Part shown: piece by piece, positions 43,201 to 52,778 of the stretch
Layout of the letters: every line of letters begins with the position of its first letter
How positions within the stretch are numbered: the stretch's first letter is position 1
Virus record (IMG/VR): IMGVR_UViG_3300021400_001341
Location: 1-64,000 of that record
Direction: 5' to 3' (one strand)
DNA: 64,000 nt
DNA from: a virus
Lineage: Duplodnaviria > Caudoviricetes
Program-made: the position numbers and the translations under genes
Notes under the pieces: generated by a model
What the model was told of the DNA's origin: nothing
The model's database searches: none
What the model saw: only the letters and a program-made list of their open reading frames with translations

Positions 43201-45243
43201 AGTTCGCCACACAAGCTTAAGGTTAGTTGGCCATGTACAGAGCTTTGGGCGAAATACGAAGGAAAAACGCAGAAATACATCGACAAAGCTATCGACAAGA
43301 AAGCTGATGCCGCCTACAAGACCATCGATACCCCTGCTAGTATCATCACGATTGATGACGGAGCGGACGATTTGCCTATCAAAGAGTTGAAGTTTACCAT
43401 TGAGCCTGTGCAGGACTTACATGGGTATGACGCTCCGGGGCCTGTGGGAGACATAATTAATAAACTGCCAGCTCCTAAAGATGAGACAAAAACACTCAAC
43501 GGCATAACTATTACAGTAAAAGATGGCGTTTATACGGTAAATGGAACGGCGACAAAAACAGCGGCTTTTGATTTTCAACTGAATGGGTCTGTTGATTTGT
43601 CTCCATCAACTAACAAAATTGCATTTCTGAATAGTGTGGCATCTGATAGTGTCTCAGTTCGTTTTAGAAGGTCTGGGGTAAACGTACATTCTTGGATGAT
43701 GAGCACTCAGAACATAGTAAAATCTGGGTGGCCTGATAGCGGAAACGAAGTAATTGATACCGTAACTATTTCTGTTAGTTCAGGGGCCACTGTTAACATG
43801 ACAATTTCACCGATGCTGATTGCGTTGACAGACAGTGATCCAACTACATTCTCCCCATATTGCAACATCTGCCCCATTACCGGACGGACGGGAGCGAAGG
43901 TGACAAGAACGTGGAAGAATCTGATTCCATCAAGTGCAATTACACGCCCTTCAACATCTCGGATAAGAGCATGGTATGATGGTATAGGAACAACGCTCAA
44001 AAAAGGAACATATACGTTTAGTTGCACATATAGAAATATAAGCGGTTTGTATATTAATCGATATGTAAACGGTTCAAATAGTACGATATTTACTAAGGAT
44101 TATTCTAATTCCATCACATTTACGCTTGATGAAGATACAGACGGAATTAATCTTTCTGCTTTGCTTAACGATGGGGATTTGAGCGATTATGCTATTCAAC
44201 TTGAATTCGGCTCCACTGCAACTGCCTACGAACCCTCTCAATGCGAAATCTACGACATCTCTTTCCCCTCCGACGCCGGAACAGTTTACGGTGGAGAACT
44301 GACAATCCACGCTGACGGGACAGGAGAGTTGGTGGTGGACAGAGGTCTGTGGAATCTTGATGGGACGGAAGACTGGGTAATAACAACAGCATCAAGTGGC
44401 AGAAGGTTCCAACTGTCAGTGTCGAACCTTGCTGGTATGGCAGGCGCAGGAAATGCATCAAATGTGCTTTCAGACAAATTTGTTTGGAGCGAAACAGCTA
44501 ACAACTCATTCGGTCATATACGATTGATATCTAATTATCTTAACCTATGTGACAACGGATCTATATTTGCCAATGCTGCCGAACTTAAGGCATGGCTTGC
44601 TAAGAACAGAGCGCAAGTGCTCGCACCTCTTGCAACTATAAGTACTTATCAGCTTTCAACACCACAAGTCCGTACCTTGCTTGGGCTCAACCATATTTTT
44701 GCGGACGTTGGAGATATCGAGTCGATCACGTATCCGGTGGACACAACAACTGCTCTCGACAATCAGACTACGACCATACATGGCATGATCGCAGAATCAG
44801 ATTCTCCTGTTGCAGCAGAAAGTCACGCTGTTGGGGATGTGTTTATCTGCGATAATAAACTGTATAAGGCAACGGATGCCATTGCTATTGGCGAATCAGT
44901 TATCGAAGGGTCAAACGTTGCGCAGACAAGCGTGGCTGAGTTGCTGCTGAACAAGCCAAACTTTGTATTCAATGCGGCTGTTGTGAAGGATCATCCGGTT
45001 TCTGTCACGTTGAGCAATCAATCCAGAGCAATCGTGTTCGCAACAGGAGCAGACGCAGAACGGGTAGCACTTATATCATTGTATAGTAGTTCTATTCGGG
45101 CATTTGCATGGGACATTTACGCATCCGAACAGCTTACTGCTACCATTAACGGGACAACTGTCACATTGGCTTATTCCGGAGCTGGGAGTTGCTTTATTGA
45201 TATTCTCAAGCTCAATGGTGATGTAACAGCCACAATGACTTAA
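40222..45243 (+). CDS. modular tail fibre / receptor-binding protein (collagen, 6-repeat propeller, three scaffold modules)
   Basis: Start MATVRK by TAATG coupling; GPQ repeats; six ~41-aa repeats; repeated modules. Confidence 0.8.
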   Translation: MATVRKLIGNVRGPQGVQGPQGIQGIQGPTGPTGPTGPVGPTPNITIGTVEDVPHDSQASATITGTPENPVLNLRLRSGAGGNETIDDTAGIGDTDLVWSADKTAKETDKKINREYEIGFVEKTWNGLTDFDSHGIWRDGNNVYYSYGSDQYVLDKSTSTWSPKTWNGLSNFDASNVWYDGDNTYYSDRTNQYILDKSTSTWSPKTWNGLNSFYGYDVWTDGENVYYSNRTDQYVLNRSTSTWSTKTWNGLTDFSGEWSWTDGENIYYDNGSTYYVLDKATSTWNVKVWNGLDEVARADVWTDGENIYYSHRDYTQQIHHYVLDKATSTWYTKAWPEPTDFIGMNIWTDGKNVYYSRTPIHYVLKDDQFLLIGKHGSFKSKTAESFIKDTVINDTAGAGDTHKAWSADKTLSELNKKADPIYKTINTPSAIVSFNDGADDLSIKEMRIAIEPVQAGSGTVSTANVRNITGWTGCNITVSGDEDSVAYPITFPTEAGTVYGGELTIFKDGSAQLVVDRMILNYDGQMKQVDGSLVPEGWALNVSMNSGEYNYFSNTYKGAERFINSSEKRPICNEMQATIIEFDRLVLGISIVNNQDILIRYSSDNTLNVSDLETWLGQHPLQIVAWLTDASKKTYTFTASQVLTILGNNSIQADTGSINLLTYPVDSTIAHAETQQEFSSLISLKGQPNGIAELDAEGIVPVDQLPPIASPVDMETTVENSATLTLTDAIDFAALHGVRAKVLPRQPLGGYDKPWGPGKGRNKLDPSQYSGATSYGVNFSKDSDGNLSIYGTSRVIGETKLGEVTLPAGNYILCTNCALDAGVMLRNSSGGTMIAESYGAMGHYFSIGAQTKFYLYGIFKSIRFYNAKINPMILLDQSDRDYEKWEPYSNICPITEMSAGAPTLTASGNAPWGFVGSNVGIYGCEVEGVPGGSGVLRVTHKSIASYAGEMLNGRWWSSYEFYADGTTPTTGAQVVYELAEPEEITITVSEMRVSSPHKLKVSWPCTELWAKYEGKTQKYIDKAIDKKADAAYKTIDTPASIITIDDGADDLPIKELKFTIEPVQDLHGYDAPGPVGDIINKLPAPKDETKTLNGITITVKDGVYTVNGTATKTAAFDFQLNGSVDLSPSTNKIAFLNSVASDSVSVRFRRSGVNVHSWMMSTQNIVKSGWPDSGNEVIDTVTISVSSGATVNMTISPMLIALTDSDPTTFSPYCNICPITGRTGAKVTRTWKNLIPSSAITRPSTSRIRAWYDGIGTTLKKGTYTFSCTYRNISGLYINRYVNGSNSTIFTKDYSNSITFTLDEDTDGINLSALLNDGDLSDYAIQLEFGSTATAYEPSQCEIYDISFPSDAGTVYGGELTIHADGTGELVVDRGLWNLDGTEDWVITTASSGRRFQLSVSNLAGMAGAGNASNVLSDKFVWSETANNSFGHIRLISNYLNLCDNGSIFANAAELKAWLAKNRAQVLAPLATISTYQLSTPQVRTLLGLNHIFADVGDIESITYPVDTTTALDNQTTTIHGMIAESDSPVAAESHAVGDVFICDNKLYKATDAIAIGESVIEGSNVAQTSVAELLLNKPNFVFNAAVVKDHPVSVTLSNQSRAIVFATGADAERVALISLYSSSIRAFAWDIYASEQLTATINGTTVTLAYSGAGSCFIDILKLNGDVTATMT
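40588..41320 (+). repeat. six ~123-bp coding repeats (KTWNGL...WTDGEN.YYS....YVLDKSTSTW)
   Basis: Visible in both protein and DNA. Confidence 0.85.
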
Positions 45244-45267
45244 ATAATGAAAGAAAGGTAATCCAAC

Positions 45268-45505
45268 ATAAAACACGCAATCATCAAAGTTGTCAACGGA
45301 AACTATATCGCCCATGTTGAGGGTATCACTGACATGTTTGCTACCAAAATATAGTTCCACGGTCTGTGCTAGACCGTGTGGGATATCCTGGACATTCTGA
45401 CAGCAGAGGTTACAATCATCAACGAGCAGTTGAGCATCGTAAACGGCCATATGGAATATATCCACCACGATCTTGTACATGTCGATCCTGAACCTATGAA
45501 AGGTG
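45268..45505 (+). pseudogene. degraded small phage gene (IKHAIIKVVNGNY...)
   Basis: RBS GAAAGGT precedes an ATA codon; two in-frame TAG (45352, 45370) in an otherwise continuous frame. Confidence 0.6.
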
Positions 45506-45512
45506 ATGACGA

Positions 45513-45600
45513 ACGACATCTTAGTGGTGGATTATTCCGGCGGCCACGATTGGTGCCGCGGTAGGAATCCTGCTTGTTGTTATACGAAACATTGAGGTGA
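45513..45600 (+). pseudogene. degraded paralogue of the 55443..55535 membrane peptide
   Basis: TTS*WWIIPAATIGAAVGILLV aligns with MISAWWLIPAVMIGASVGILLV; ATG replaced by ACG and TAG at 45522. Confidence 0.7.
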
Positions 45601-45605
45601 CTCAT

Positions 45606-45941
45606 ATGATTAAGATTGATGGAACAAACATCACAATCACAAGAGGAGACTGTGAACCTTTTACCATAACTTTAACGGGAGAAGACGTTCCGGCTGATGG
45701 CGAAAAAGTCTTGTTTTCTGTAAAGAAAACTCAATTTGAAACAAATACTGTGATCAAAAAAATACTTGAAATTTCTCATTCTCAAATTGTTATTCAACTT
45801 AATAATGCAGATACAAAAAAACTACCATTTGGCGATTATTTTTGGGATATACGTTTTCCAAATTATTATGGTGAAAACGAACCATATACTCCTATGTCCC
45901 CTGCTGTTTTTACAGTTGCAGAGGTGATCGGAAATGTCTAA
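45606..45941 (+). CDS. small baseplate-upper (BppU-like) Ig-fold protein
   Basis: ITITRGD...FSVKK...DTKKLPFGDYFWDI pattern. Confidence 0.6.
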   Translation: MIKIDGTNITITRGDCEPFTITLTGEDVPADGEKVLFSVKKTQFETNTVIKKILEISHSQIVIQLNNADTKKLPFGDYFWDIRFPNYYGENEPYTPMSPAVFTVAEVIGNV

Positions 45942-46200
45942 AGAATTGGACATTGCTATTGCTGTTGAAAGAGAAAATCAGAATATTCAAATTGACCTTG
46001 GAACAAGTAGTAACAATATACAAATTGAGTTGGAAAAAAGAGCTATGATATACGAAAATGATTATAATAACCTAATACATCATCCACAAATTAACAGCAC
46101 ATCATTGATTGGAAATAAAACATCATCAGAGTTAGGCTTACAGGATGAGCTTCCTCTTATTACAAGGTCAGAGATCAGAGATATTATTAACAATCTTTAA
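45934..46200 (+). CDS. hypothetical tail protein
   Basis: DYNNL.HHPQIN...LIGNKTSSELGL motif common in tail-fibre regions. Confidence 0.6.
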   Translation: MSKELDIAIAVERENQNIQIDLGTSSNNIQIELEKRAMIYENDYNNLIHHPQINSTSLIGNKTSSELGLQDELPLITRSEIRDIINNL

Positions 46201-46217
46201 TTGACGAGGTGAAAATA

Positions 46218-47360
46218 ATGGCTGTACAAGGTTTCACTATGTCCAAGAATGAATTGTCCTACCTCCTTGGAATTATTTGGGACACATTCCAGAAGGCACA
46301 AACAGGAAAAGGACTTAGTACGGAAGACTTTACAACTGCTTTAAAATCGAAGCTTGAAGGTATTGCTGCTGGTGCTCAGGTGAACGTTATTGAAAACGTT
46401 AAACTAAACAACACAGCTCTTGAGACAACCGGAAAAGCTGTTAATATCCCCGTTTTTAGTGGAGCTAATGCAAGCAGCAACGGAACTGTCGGTGCTGTTC
46501 CCGCCCCTACAAAAGGAAATCAGGATAAATACCTGAAGGCAGACGGTAGTTGGAGTTCTCCTCCCGATAATAACACAACTTATACCATCACGCAGGATGG
46601 AACGAACCCTAATAAAATTACGCTGAGTGGTAGTGATGGAACAAACGTTGAAATCACTCTCCCCTCTCTTCAAACTGCAACAGCATCAACGCTTGGTGGA
46701 ATCAAAATCGGGTTTAGCCAAACTGGAAAGAAATACCCTGTTGCATTGTCTGATGGAAAAGCCTACGTAGAAGTCCCGTGGTCAAATACGACATATGACC
46801 CAGCTACAACTACTGTAGATGGCTTGATGAGCGCAGCCGACAAGACAAAACTGAATGGCATCGCAGAAGGAGCTACGGCAAACGAAGGAACCATTACAGG
46901 CATCACAATGAACGGTGCGAGCAAAGGTACAAGCGGTGTTGTTGACCTTGGCACTGTAATTACAGCTCATCAAGATATTTCAGGAAAAGCAAACATCGCA
47001 AGTCCAACATTTACAGGAACGCCTAAAGCTCCTACCGCAAATGCTGGTACGAACACAACGCAGATTGCAACAACTGAATTTGTAGGTACTGCGATTACGA
47101 ATGCATTAAGCGGAATTACTGGAATTACATTTGAGTTTGTTCAGACTCTTCCTGCAACAGGAAAAACTGGCACGTTCTACTTCGTACCTGACGCAAGCGG
47201 TAGCGGAACGAACAACTTCATCGAGTATGTCTGGAATTCAAATGCGAACAAATTCGAAGAAATTGGAAGACCGCAAGTTGATCTTTCCGGCTATATGAAG
47301 AGTGCGGATTATCCACTTATTACGGAGGCAGAAATCGATGAGATTATCGCTTCTATATAA
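46218..47360 (+). CDS. tail fibre protein
   Basis: GKGLSTEDFT..KSKLEGIAAGAQVN, GLMSAADKTKLNGIA, SPTFTGTPKAPT...TQIATTEFV fibre repeats. Confidence 0.75.
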   Translation: MAVQGFTMSKNELSYLLGIIWDTFQKAQTGKGLSTEDFTTALKSKLEGIAAGAQVNVIENVKLNNTALETTGKAVNIPVFSGANASSNGTVGAVPAPTKGNQDKYLKADGSWSSPPDNNTTYTITQDGTNPNKITLSGSDGTNVEITLPSLQTATASTLGGIKIGFSQTGKKYPVALSDGKAYVEVPWSNTTYDPATTTVDGLMSAADKTKLNGIAEGATANEGTITGITMNGASKGTSGVVDLGTVITAHQDISGKANIASPTFTGTPKAPTANAGTNTTQIATTEFVGTAITNALSGITGITFEFVQTLPATGKTGTFYFVPDASGSGTNNFIEYVWNSNANKFEEIGRPQVDLSGYMKSADYPLITEAEIDEIIASI

Positions 47361-47375
47361 GGGCGGTGACGAATA

Positions 47376-50300
47376 ATGAGTGATACTCTTAAGAGTTGGT
47401 CAATAGAAAAAGTTACACGGCTAATCAGTGGTTTGCTTAAGAAAAAGGAAATTACTGACACGAAGAATGCTGTCGATTCTATCTGTGATGTTGAAATTGC
47501 ACAGCTTAATGGTGACCATTACATTACAACAAGCGGAAGCACCGCAAACATTAATGATCCGGAAAGCGCAAGCGACTGGGCATGTGCTGTTATGCCGTGC
47601 CAGCCCGGGGACGTATTCACGGTTACTGGAGCCGGTGGAACAAAGCCGAGGCTGTGGGCGTTTGTTGACGCAAATACTCCTGCGAACGTGCTGTCAAAAG
47701 CGAACGCAGGTGTTGTCTCTGACAATCTGGAAATTGAAGCGCCTGCAAACGCTGCCTATGTGGTGTTCAACACACGCACGAATACCGAAACAAAACCCGC
47801 ATTTTACAATGGAACACCGATATCAACGTCCATTGATAAAAAAGCGAATATTGCTTCCCCCACATTTACCGGAACGCCCAAGGCTCCTACTGCACCTGCC
47901 GGAACAAATAACACGCAGATCGCAACGACAGCCTTTGTAAACCAGGCGTTTCAGATTAACGACGCAATGGTGTTCAAGGGAACCATCGGAACTGGCGGTA
48001 CTGTGACGGAACTCCCAGCAACGCACTATCAAGGCTGGACGTACAAGGTAGTTACTGCCGGGATATATGCCGGAGAGATGTGTGAAATCGGTGACATGAT
48101 CATCTGCGTCACGGATGGAACTGTCGCAAGCGATGGAGACTGGACAGTTGTGCAGTCCAATGTAGACGGTGCGGTGACTGGGCCTCGCTATTCTGAAGAC
48201 TATTCGCTTGCTGCATTTAACGGAACAAGTGGCAAAGTAATTCGCAACACGGATATAAAAACAGACATAAATGGTTCTCTGATTAGAGGAGCTAAAGCAG
48301 GAACTACTGTAGGAACAGGCGGTTTTGCGTTTGGTCGGGATGTCGAGGCACGCGGAGATTATTCTCATGCAGAAGGAGAGTATACATCTGCAATAGCTAC
48401 TGGGTCTCATGTAGAAGGCAGATATTCACAGGCAAGGGGAATTGCTTCACATGCCGAAGGCCTTTATTCGACAGCAATAGCCGGAACATCTCATGCTGAA
48501 GGCGATCATTCTACAGCAATGGGCGAAGCATCTCACGCTGAAGGGAAATCATCGTCTGCATTTGGAAATTATGCACATTCTGAAGGTGCATATACAGGAG
48601 CAAACGGCAGATCTCAACATGTATTTGGTGAGTATAACGTTATCGATAATGTTCCAGGTCCAACACAGCGTGGCACATATGTAGAGATTGTTGGTAACGG
48701 AACTGATACTGATAACAAGTCCAATGCCCGTACACTTGATTGGGACGGCAACGAGGAACTTGCCGGGGATCTGACGATTAACAAGGGTAGCGCCTACGAG
48801 GTGAAGGTAGGCGAAGTAATCGCCTCCAAGGAAGATGCGCTGTACAAGGTTGCCGACACTCCTGCAAGCATTGTAACCATCGATGACGGCGCTGATGACA
48901 TGCCAGTCAAAGAGATGGAGATCGCTATTGAACCGGTGCAAGACTTGAACGGGTATGACCGTCCGTGGCCTGCTGGTGGTGGGAAGAATCTGCTTGATGA
49001 TTCTACAAATGTCCATAAAATGGCAATAAACGCAAGTGGAGAGATGGTTAGTAATGCCAATGGAAATTATTCTCAGTTGATCCCCGTAACAGCGGGGGAA
49101 ACATACACGTTTAGTGCTATCAGCAAACAAAATACATGGACACGCAGAGTGCATGGATATACGGGCGAAACGTGGGTAGAACAGCTTGGTGCTACTGCAA
49201 ACTCTGTACCAAGCGGTCAGAAATACGCAATAACAGCAACCATTCCGAATGGCATTGATGCCATAAGAATTTCGTACTGCGAACTGGATGAAGAAGCACA
49301 GTTTGAATTAGGAAGCGAAGCCACGGACTATGCTCCATTCACCAACATCTGCCCCATTACTGGGCGGACGGGGTGCGAAATTTCAAAAAGCGGTAAAAAT
49401 TTGTATAATCCTATCAGAATTTCCGGATCGGGTAACTCTGGGACTGCAGTGGCTTATGTTAAGTGCAAACCCGGCGATAAGTTTGTAATCAAACGTTTCG
49501 GAGAGGCAATATCTTCTTCACTTCTAAACGGCGATTGCTCTTATGGATGGTGTGATGCAAAGAAAACAAGAAACCGTATTGGGGCAGCGAAATACTGGCA
49601 GAATAACGATTACATGAACGAAGTAACTGTTATCATGCCGGAGGGTGCCGAATATCTTTACGTAGGGGCATACGCAAGCAAGGGTTTACAAGACTATGTA
49701 CTGAATAATGCCGTTCAGTTAGTTATACAAAAAGACACCGTTCCTACAGAATTTATTCCGTTCATTGGCGCAACGTATCCGATCGCTTTCCCGTCCTCTG
49801 CCGGGACAGTCTACGGCGGAAACCTAACAATTCACTCTGATGGCACAGGGGAGTTGGTGGTGGATAGGGCATTTTTTGAGATAGATGGTAGCGGCACTGG
49901 GTATGGTGTTGGTGGGAACACGTACAAATATGTAAGATATACACCGGAATCTTCGATCTATTACTACGGGACACCGACAGATGGCATATCAAATATGTTT
50001 ACAGAGCAAGCCATTGGCAATACTAATGCTGATATAGGCTTTGGATTTGCTAACGGAAGAGATATTAGAATCCGTTATGGATTATTCACAGAACTTACAA
50101 TAGCAGAAGCAAAGGAATGGCTTGCGGAGCATCCTGTTCAAGTCTGTTATAAGATTGCAAGTCCTATGCTCTATCAGCTTACCGCTCCTCAGGTCCGTAC
50201 ACTCCTTGGCTTTAACCATATCTGGGCAGACACGGGCAATATCAATGAGCTTACGTACACTGCTGACGGGGCCCTCGCAAATGAATTCAAGCGTGTTGAT

Positions 50301-52778
50301 GCAAAAATAGCTGATAAGGCCGATTCAATCTATAAAACGATTGACACGCATGCTGATGTAGTCACCATTGAAAACTGTGCAGATGATCTACCTGTGCGGG
50401 AGATGCGGATTGCCATTGAGCCTGTACAGGACTTGAACGGGCAGGATAGTCCGTACCCGGCAGGTGGTGGGAAGAATCTTTTGTCAGGGCTGGAAGTTGG
50501 CGGCATTGATGTTGAGACTGGCGAAAACATTGTGAATGATACGGTAAGAAGAACCATCGATTATATTCCTGTAGATGTATCAAGAAATTATACAATAAGC
50601 GGATTTACAGATACAGGAAATAATAAAGTCAGAGTATTTTATTATAGCAGTAATAAAACTTATCTGAATAGTGAAATGCTAAATTTAAGCAACAAGACAG
50701 CAACGTTTAGTCTGTATTCGGATGCAAGTTATATTCGACTGCAATGGAATTATTTGAACGCGGAAGTAACTGACAAAGTACAAATTGAAGTCGGTTCTGA
50801 AGCAACATCCTATGCGCCATATTCCAACATCTGCCCAATCAGTGGACGGACGTGGTGCAATGTGCAGAGGACAGGGAAAAATCTGTTTGTTTTCAGCGAA
50901 TGGCAGACAGTATTTGACTATAAGTTACAACGTAAAGATTTTGCACAAAACGGATATACGATTACTTATCCTGCAAACAAGAGCATCGGAAACGATTATC
51001 CTGCGTTGAGAGTCATTCTTCCATGTAAACATCTGATTGGAGAAAAAGTTATATTCCATGTAAAAATAAACGATCCAAATAAATTTGGGAGTGCTAATTT
51101 TAGGGTTGGCGAAAAAAACGAAGATAGTTCATCTACGGCCACAGCAAATTGGTTTGGACAACAAGCAACAACAGCTCACGATCCAAATAAAGAAAACGAA
51201 GAAGCTGTATTCTCTGCTATTATTACGATGCCATATTTGCTTGTTGCAATGTCACCGAAAGGTGATAATACAACAAAAACAACTGCATATCCAATAACAT
51301 GGGATATACAGATGGAAATCGGTGACACAGCTACAGAAATGGTTTCACCGCAAACAGTAAACTACCCCATCACATTCCCTTCCGAAGCCGGAACTGTTTA
51401 TGGTGGCAACCTGACCATCCACGCTGACGGAACAGGGGAGCTGGTGGTGAATAGGGCAACACATGAATTTACAGGAACAGAAAACATTCTGCTGAACGCA
51501 TCAGCAGGAAAATTCAAACTTGTGAACAACTTCGGATGGATGAGAGACTCAAATGATGGTCAAGGGTTATCCAATATGCTGAAATGGGCAATCAGTGGTG
51601 ACTACTTCTTTGCGTTAAGCGATCAAATTTATTTTGGATGGGCAGAATGTGAAACAGTTGCGAGTTTTAAAAGCAAACTGGCAGAACTGTACAACGCAGG
51701 AACTCCGCTTGTTATATCATACAGACTCGCAACCGCCATATCCTATCAGCTTACGGCGCCACAGGTCCGTACTCTGCTCGGCACCAATAACATCTGGTCG
51801 AACACGGGCGTTATTAAGCAGCTGACCTATCCTGTGGATGGTAATATCGCTCCGGAAATCAAGTTGGCCTTAAACAGCGTTGACAAAACCAACCGGATGA
51901 TATCATCAATCGAGAGCGCCGTTGCCACTGAAAACCACAAGATTGGCGATACGTTCATCTGCAACGGCAAGCTGTATAAAGCCACGACTGCAATTGAAAT
52001 CGGAGATGCGCTTGTTGAAGACGTGAATATCACCGAGGTAACGATCACGGACGAACTGAGCGACATCAGGAACGACAACGGAAATGCACGGATCTTCTCC
52101 TGTGTGTGCGATACAGCGGGAGGGTACGCGATCAAGCGTGTTGACTGCGAAGAGTGCGATGAACTGAGAGAAGGCGATATCTTCATTATCGAGTTCCTCG
52201 CTGCTCAAACATACAACGGTGCAGCGACTCTGCAAATCAACGACTTCGGTGCGAAAAACATCCGCAGAATTCATGGTACAAATATCTCCCGCTATGAATG
52301 GAGCGCGGGTGAAACCTTAACCTTCCGGTACAACGGCACTCACTTTATCATCTCAAACGCAGGACTTGCTACGACCACGTATTACGGCAGGACGAAACTT
52401 TATACAGGTGCTGCGTCTACATCCACCGCACTTGCCTTGACTCCCGCGTCGCTGAACTCTTTTGCTAATGGTACGGCATGTCCGTATTATAGCGCAAGCA
52501 AGACTTACGAAGTAGGCGATAAAGTTCGGTACGGCAACTATATTTACCAATGCGTTAACGCCATACCTACAGCTCAATCATGGACAGCGGCAAACTGGGA
52601 AGTTGGTCCCACTCTGCAAGAACAAGTTAGTGGAAAACTTGATAAGAATCAAGGTTCTGCCAATGCTGATAAATTTATGAAGGTTGGTTCTGACGGAAAC
52701 ATTGTACTTATTTCATTGAATGATCTTGCACAGATGCTTATGGAAGAAATTTCAGTGTGGGAAGGAGGTAGCTACTAA
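47376..52778 (+). CDS. modular tail fibre / adhesin (YadA-head-like SHAEG repeats, two scaffold modules, C-terminal CBM-like domain)
   Basis: SPTFTGTPKAPT repeat; 14-aa SHAEG repeats; modules shared with 40222..45243; YSASKTYEVGDKVRY...YQC. Confidence 0.8.
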   Translation: MSDTLKSWSIEKVTRLISGLLKKKEITDTKNAVDSICDVEIAQLNGDHYITTSGSTANINDPESASDWACAVMPCQPGDVFTVTGAGGTKPRLWAFVDANTPANVLSKANAGVVSDNLEIEAPANAAYVVFNTRTNTETKPAFYNGTPISTSIDKKANIASPTFTGTPKAPTAPAGTNNTQIATTAFVNQAFQINDAMVFKGTIGTGGTVTELPATHYQGWTYKVVTAGIYAGEMCEIGDMIICVTDGTVASDGDWTVVQSNVDGAVTGPRYSEDYSLAAFNGTSGKVIRNTDIKTDINGSLIRGAKAGTTVGTGGFAFGRDVEARGDYSHAEGEYTSAIATGSHVEGRYSQARGIASHAEGLYSTAIAGTSHAEGDHSTAMGEASHAEGKSSSAFGNYAHSEGAYTGANGRSQHVFGEYNVIDNVPGPTQRGTYVEIVGNGTDTDNKSNARTLDWDGNEELAGDLTINKGSAYEVKVGEVIASKEDALYKVADTPASIVTIDDGADDMPVKEMEIAIEPVQDLNGYDRPWPAGGGKNLLDDSTNVHKMAINASGEMVSNANGNYSQLIPVTAGETYTFSAISKQNTWTRRVHGYTGETWVEQLGATANSVPSGQKYAITATIPNGIDAIRISYCELDEEAQFELGSEATDYAPFTNICPITGRTGCEISKSGKNLYNPIRISGSGNSGTAVAYVKCKPGDKFVIKRFGEAISSSLLNGDCSYGWCDAKKTRNRIGAAKYWQNNDYMNEVTVIMPEGAEYLYVGAYASKGLQDYVLNNAVQLVIQKDTVPTEFIPFIGATYPIAFPSSAGTVYGGNLTIHSDGTGELVVDRAFFEIDGSGTGYGVGGNTYKYVRYTPESSIYYYGTPTDGISNMFTEQAIGNTNADIGFGFANGRDIRIRYGLFTELTIAEAKEWLAEHPVQVCYKIASPMLYQLTAPQVRTLLGFNHIWADTGNINELTYTADGALANEFKRVDAKIADKADSIYKTIDTHADVVTIENCADDLPVREMRIAIEPVQDLNGQDSPYPAGGGKNLLSGLEVGGIDVETGENIVNDTVRRTIDYIPVDVSRNYTISGFTDTGNNKVRVFYYSSNKTYLNSEMLNLSNKTATFSLYSDASYIRLQWNYLNAEVTDKVQIEVGSEATSYAPYSNICPISGRTWCNVQRTGKNLFVFSEWQTVFDYKLQRKDFAQNGYTITYPANKSIGNDYPALRVILPCKHLIGEKVIFHVKINDPNKFGSANFRVGEKNEDSSSTATANWFGQQATTAHDPNKENEEAVFSAIITMPYLLVAMSPKGDNTTKTTAYPITWDIQMEIGDTATEMVSPQTVNYPITFPSEAGTVYGGNLTIHADGTGELVVNRATHEFTGTENILLNASAGKFKLVNNFGWMRDSNDGQGLSNMLKWAISGDYFFALSDQIYFGWAECETVASFKSKLAELYNAGTPLVISYRLATAISYQLTAPQVRTLLGTNNIWSNTGVIKQLTYPVDGNIAPEIKLALNSVDKTNRMISSIESAVATENHKIGDTFICNGKLYKATTAIEIGDALVEDVNITEVTITDELSDIRNDNGNARIFSCVCDTAGGYAIKRVDCEECDELREGDIFIIEFLAAQTYNGAATLQINDFGAKNIRRIHGTNISRYEWSAGETLTFRYNGTHFIISNAGLATTTYYGRTKLYTGAASTSTALALTPASLNSFANGTACPYYSASKTYEVGDKVRYGNYIYQCVNAIPTAQSWTAANWEVGPTLQEQVSGKLDKNQGSANADKFMKVGSDGNIVLISLNDLAQMLMEEISVWEGGSY

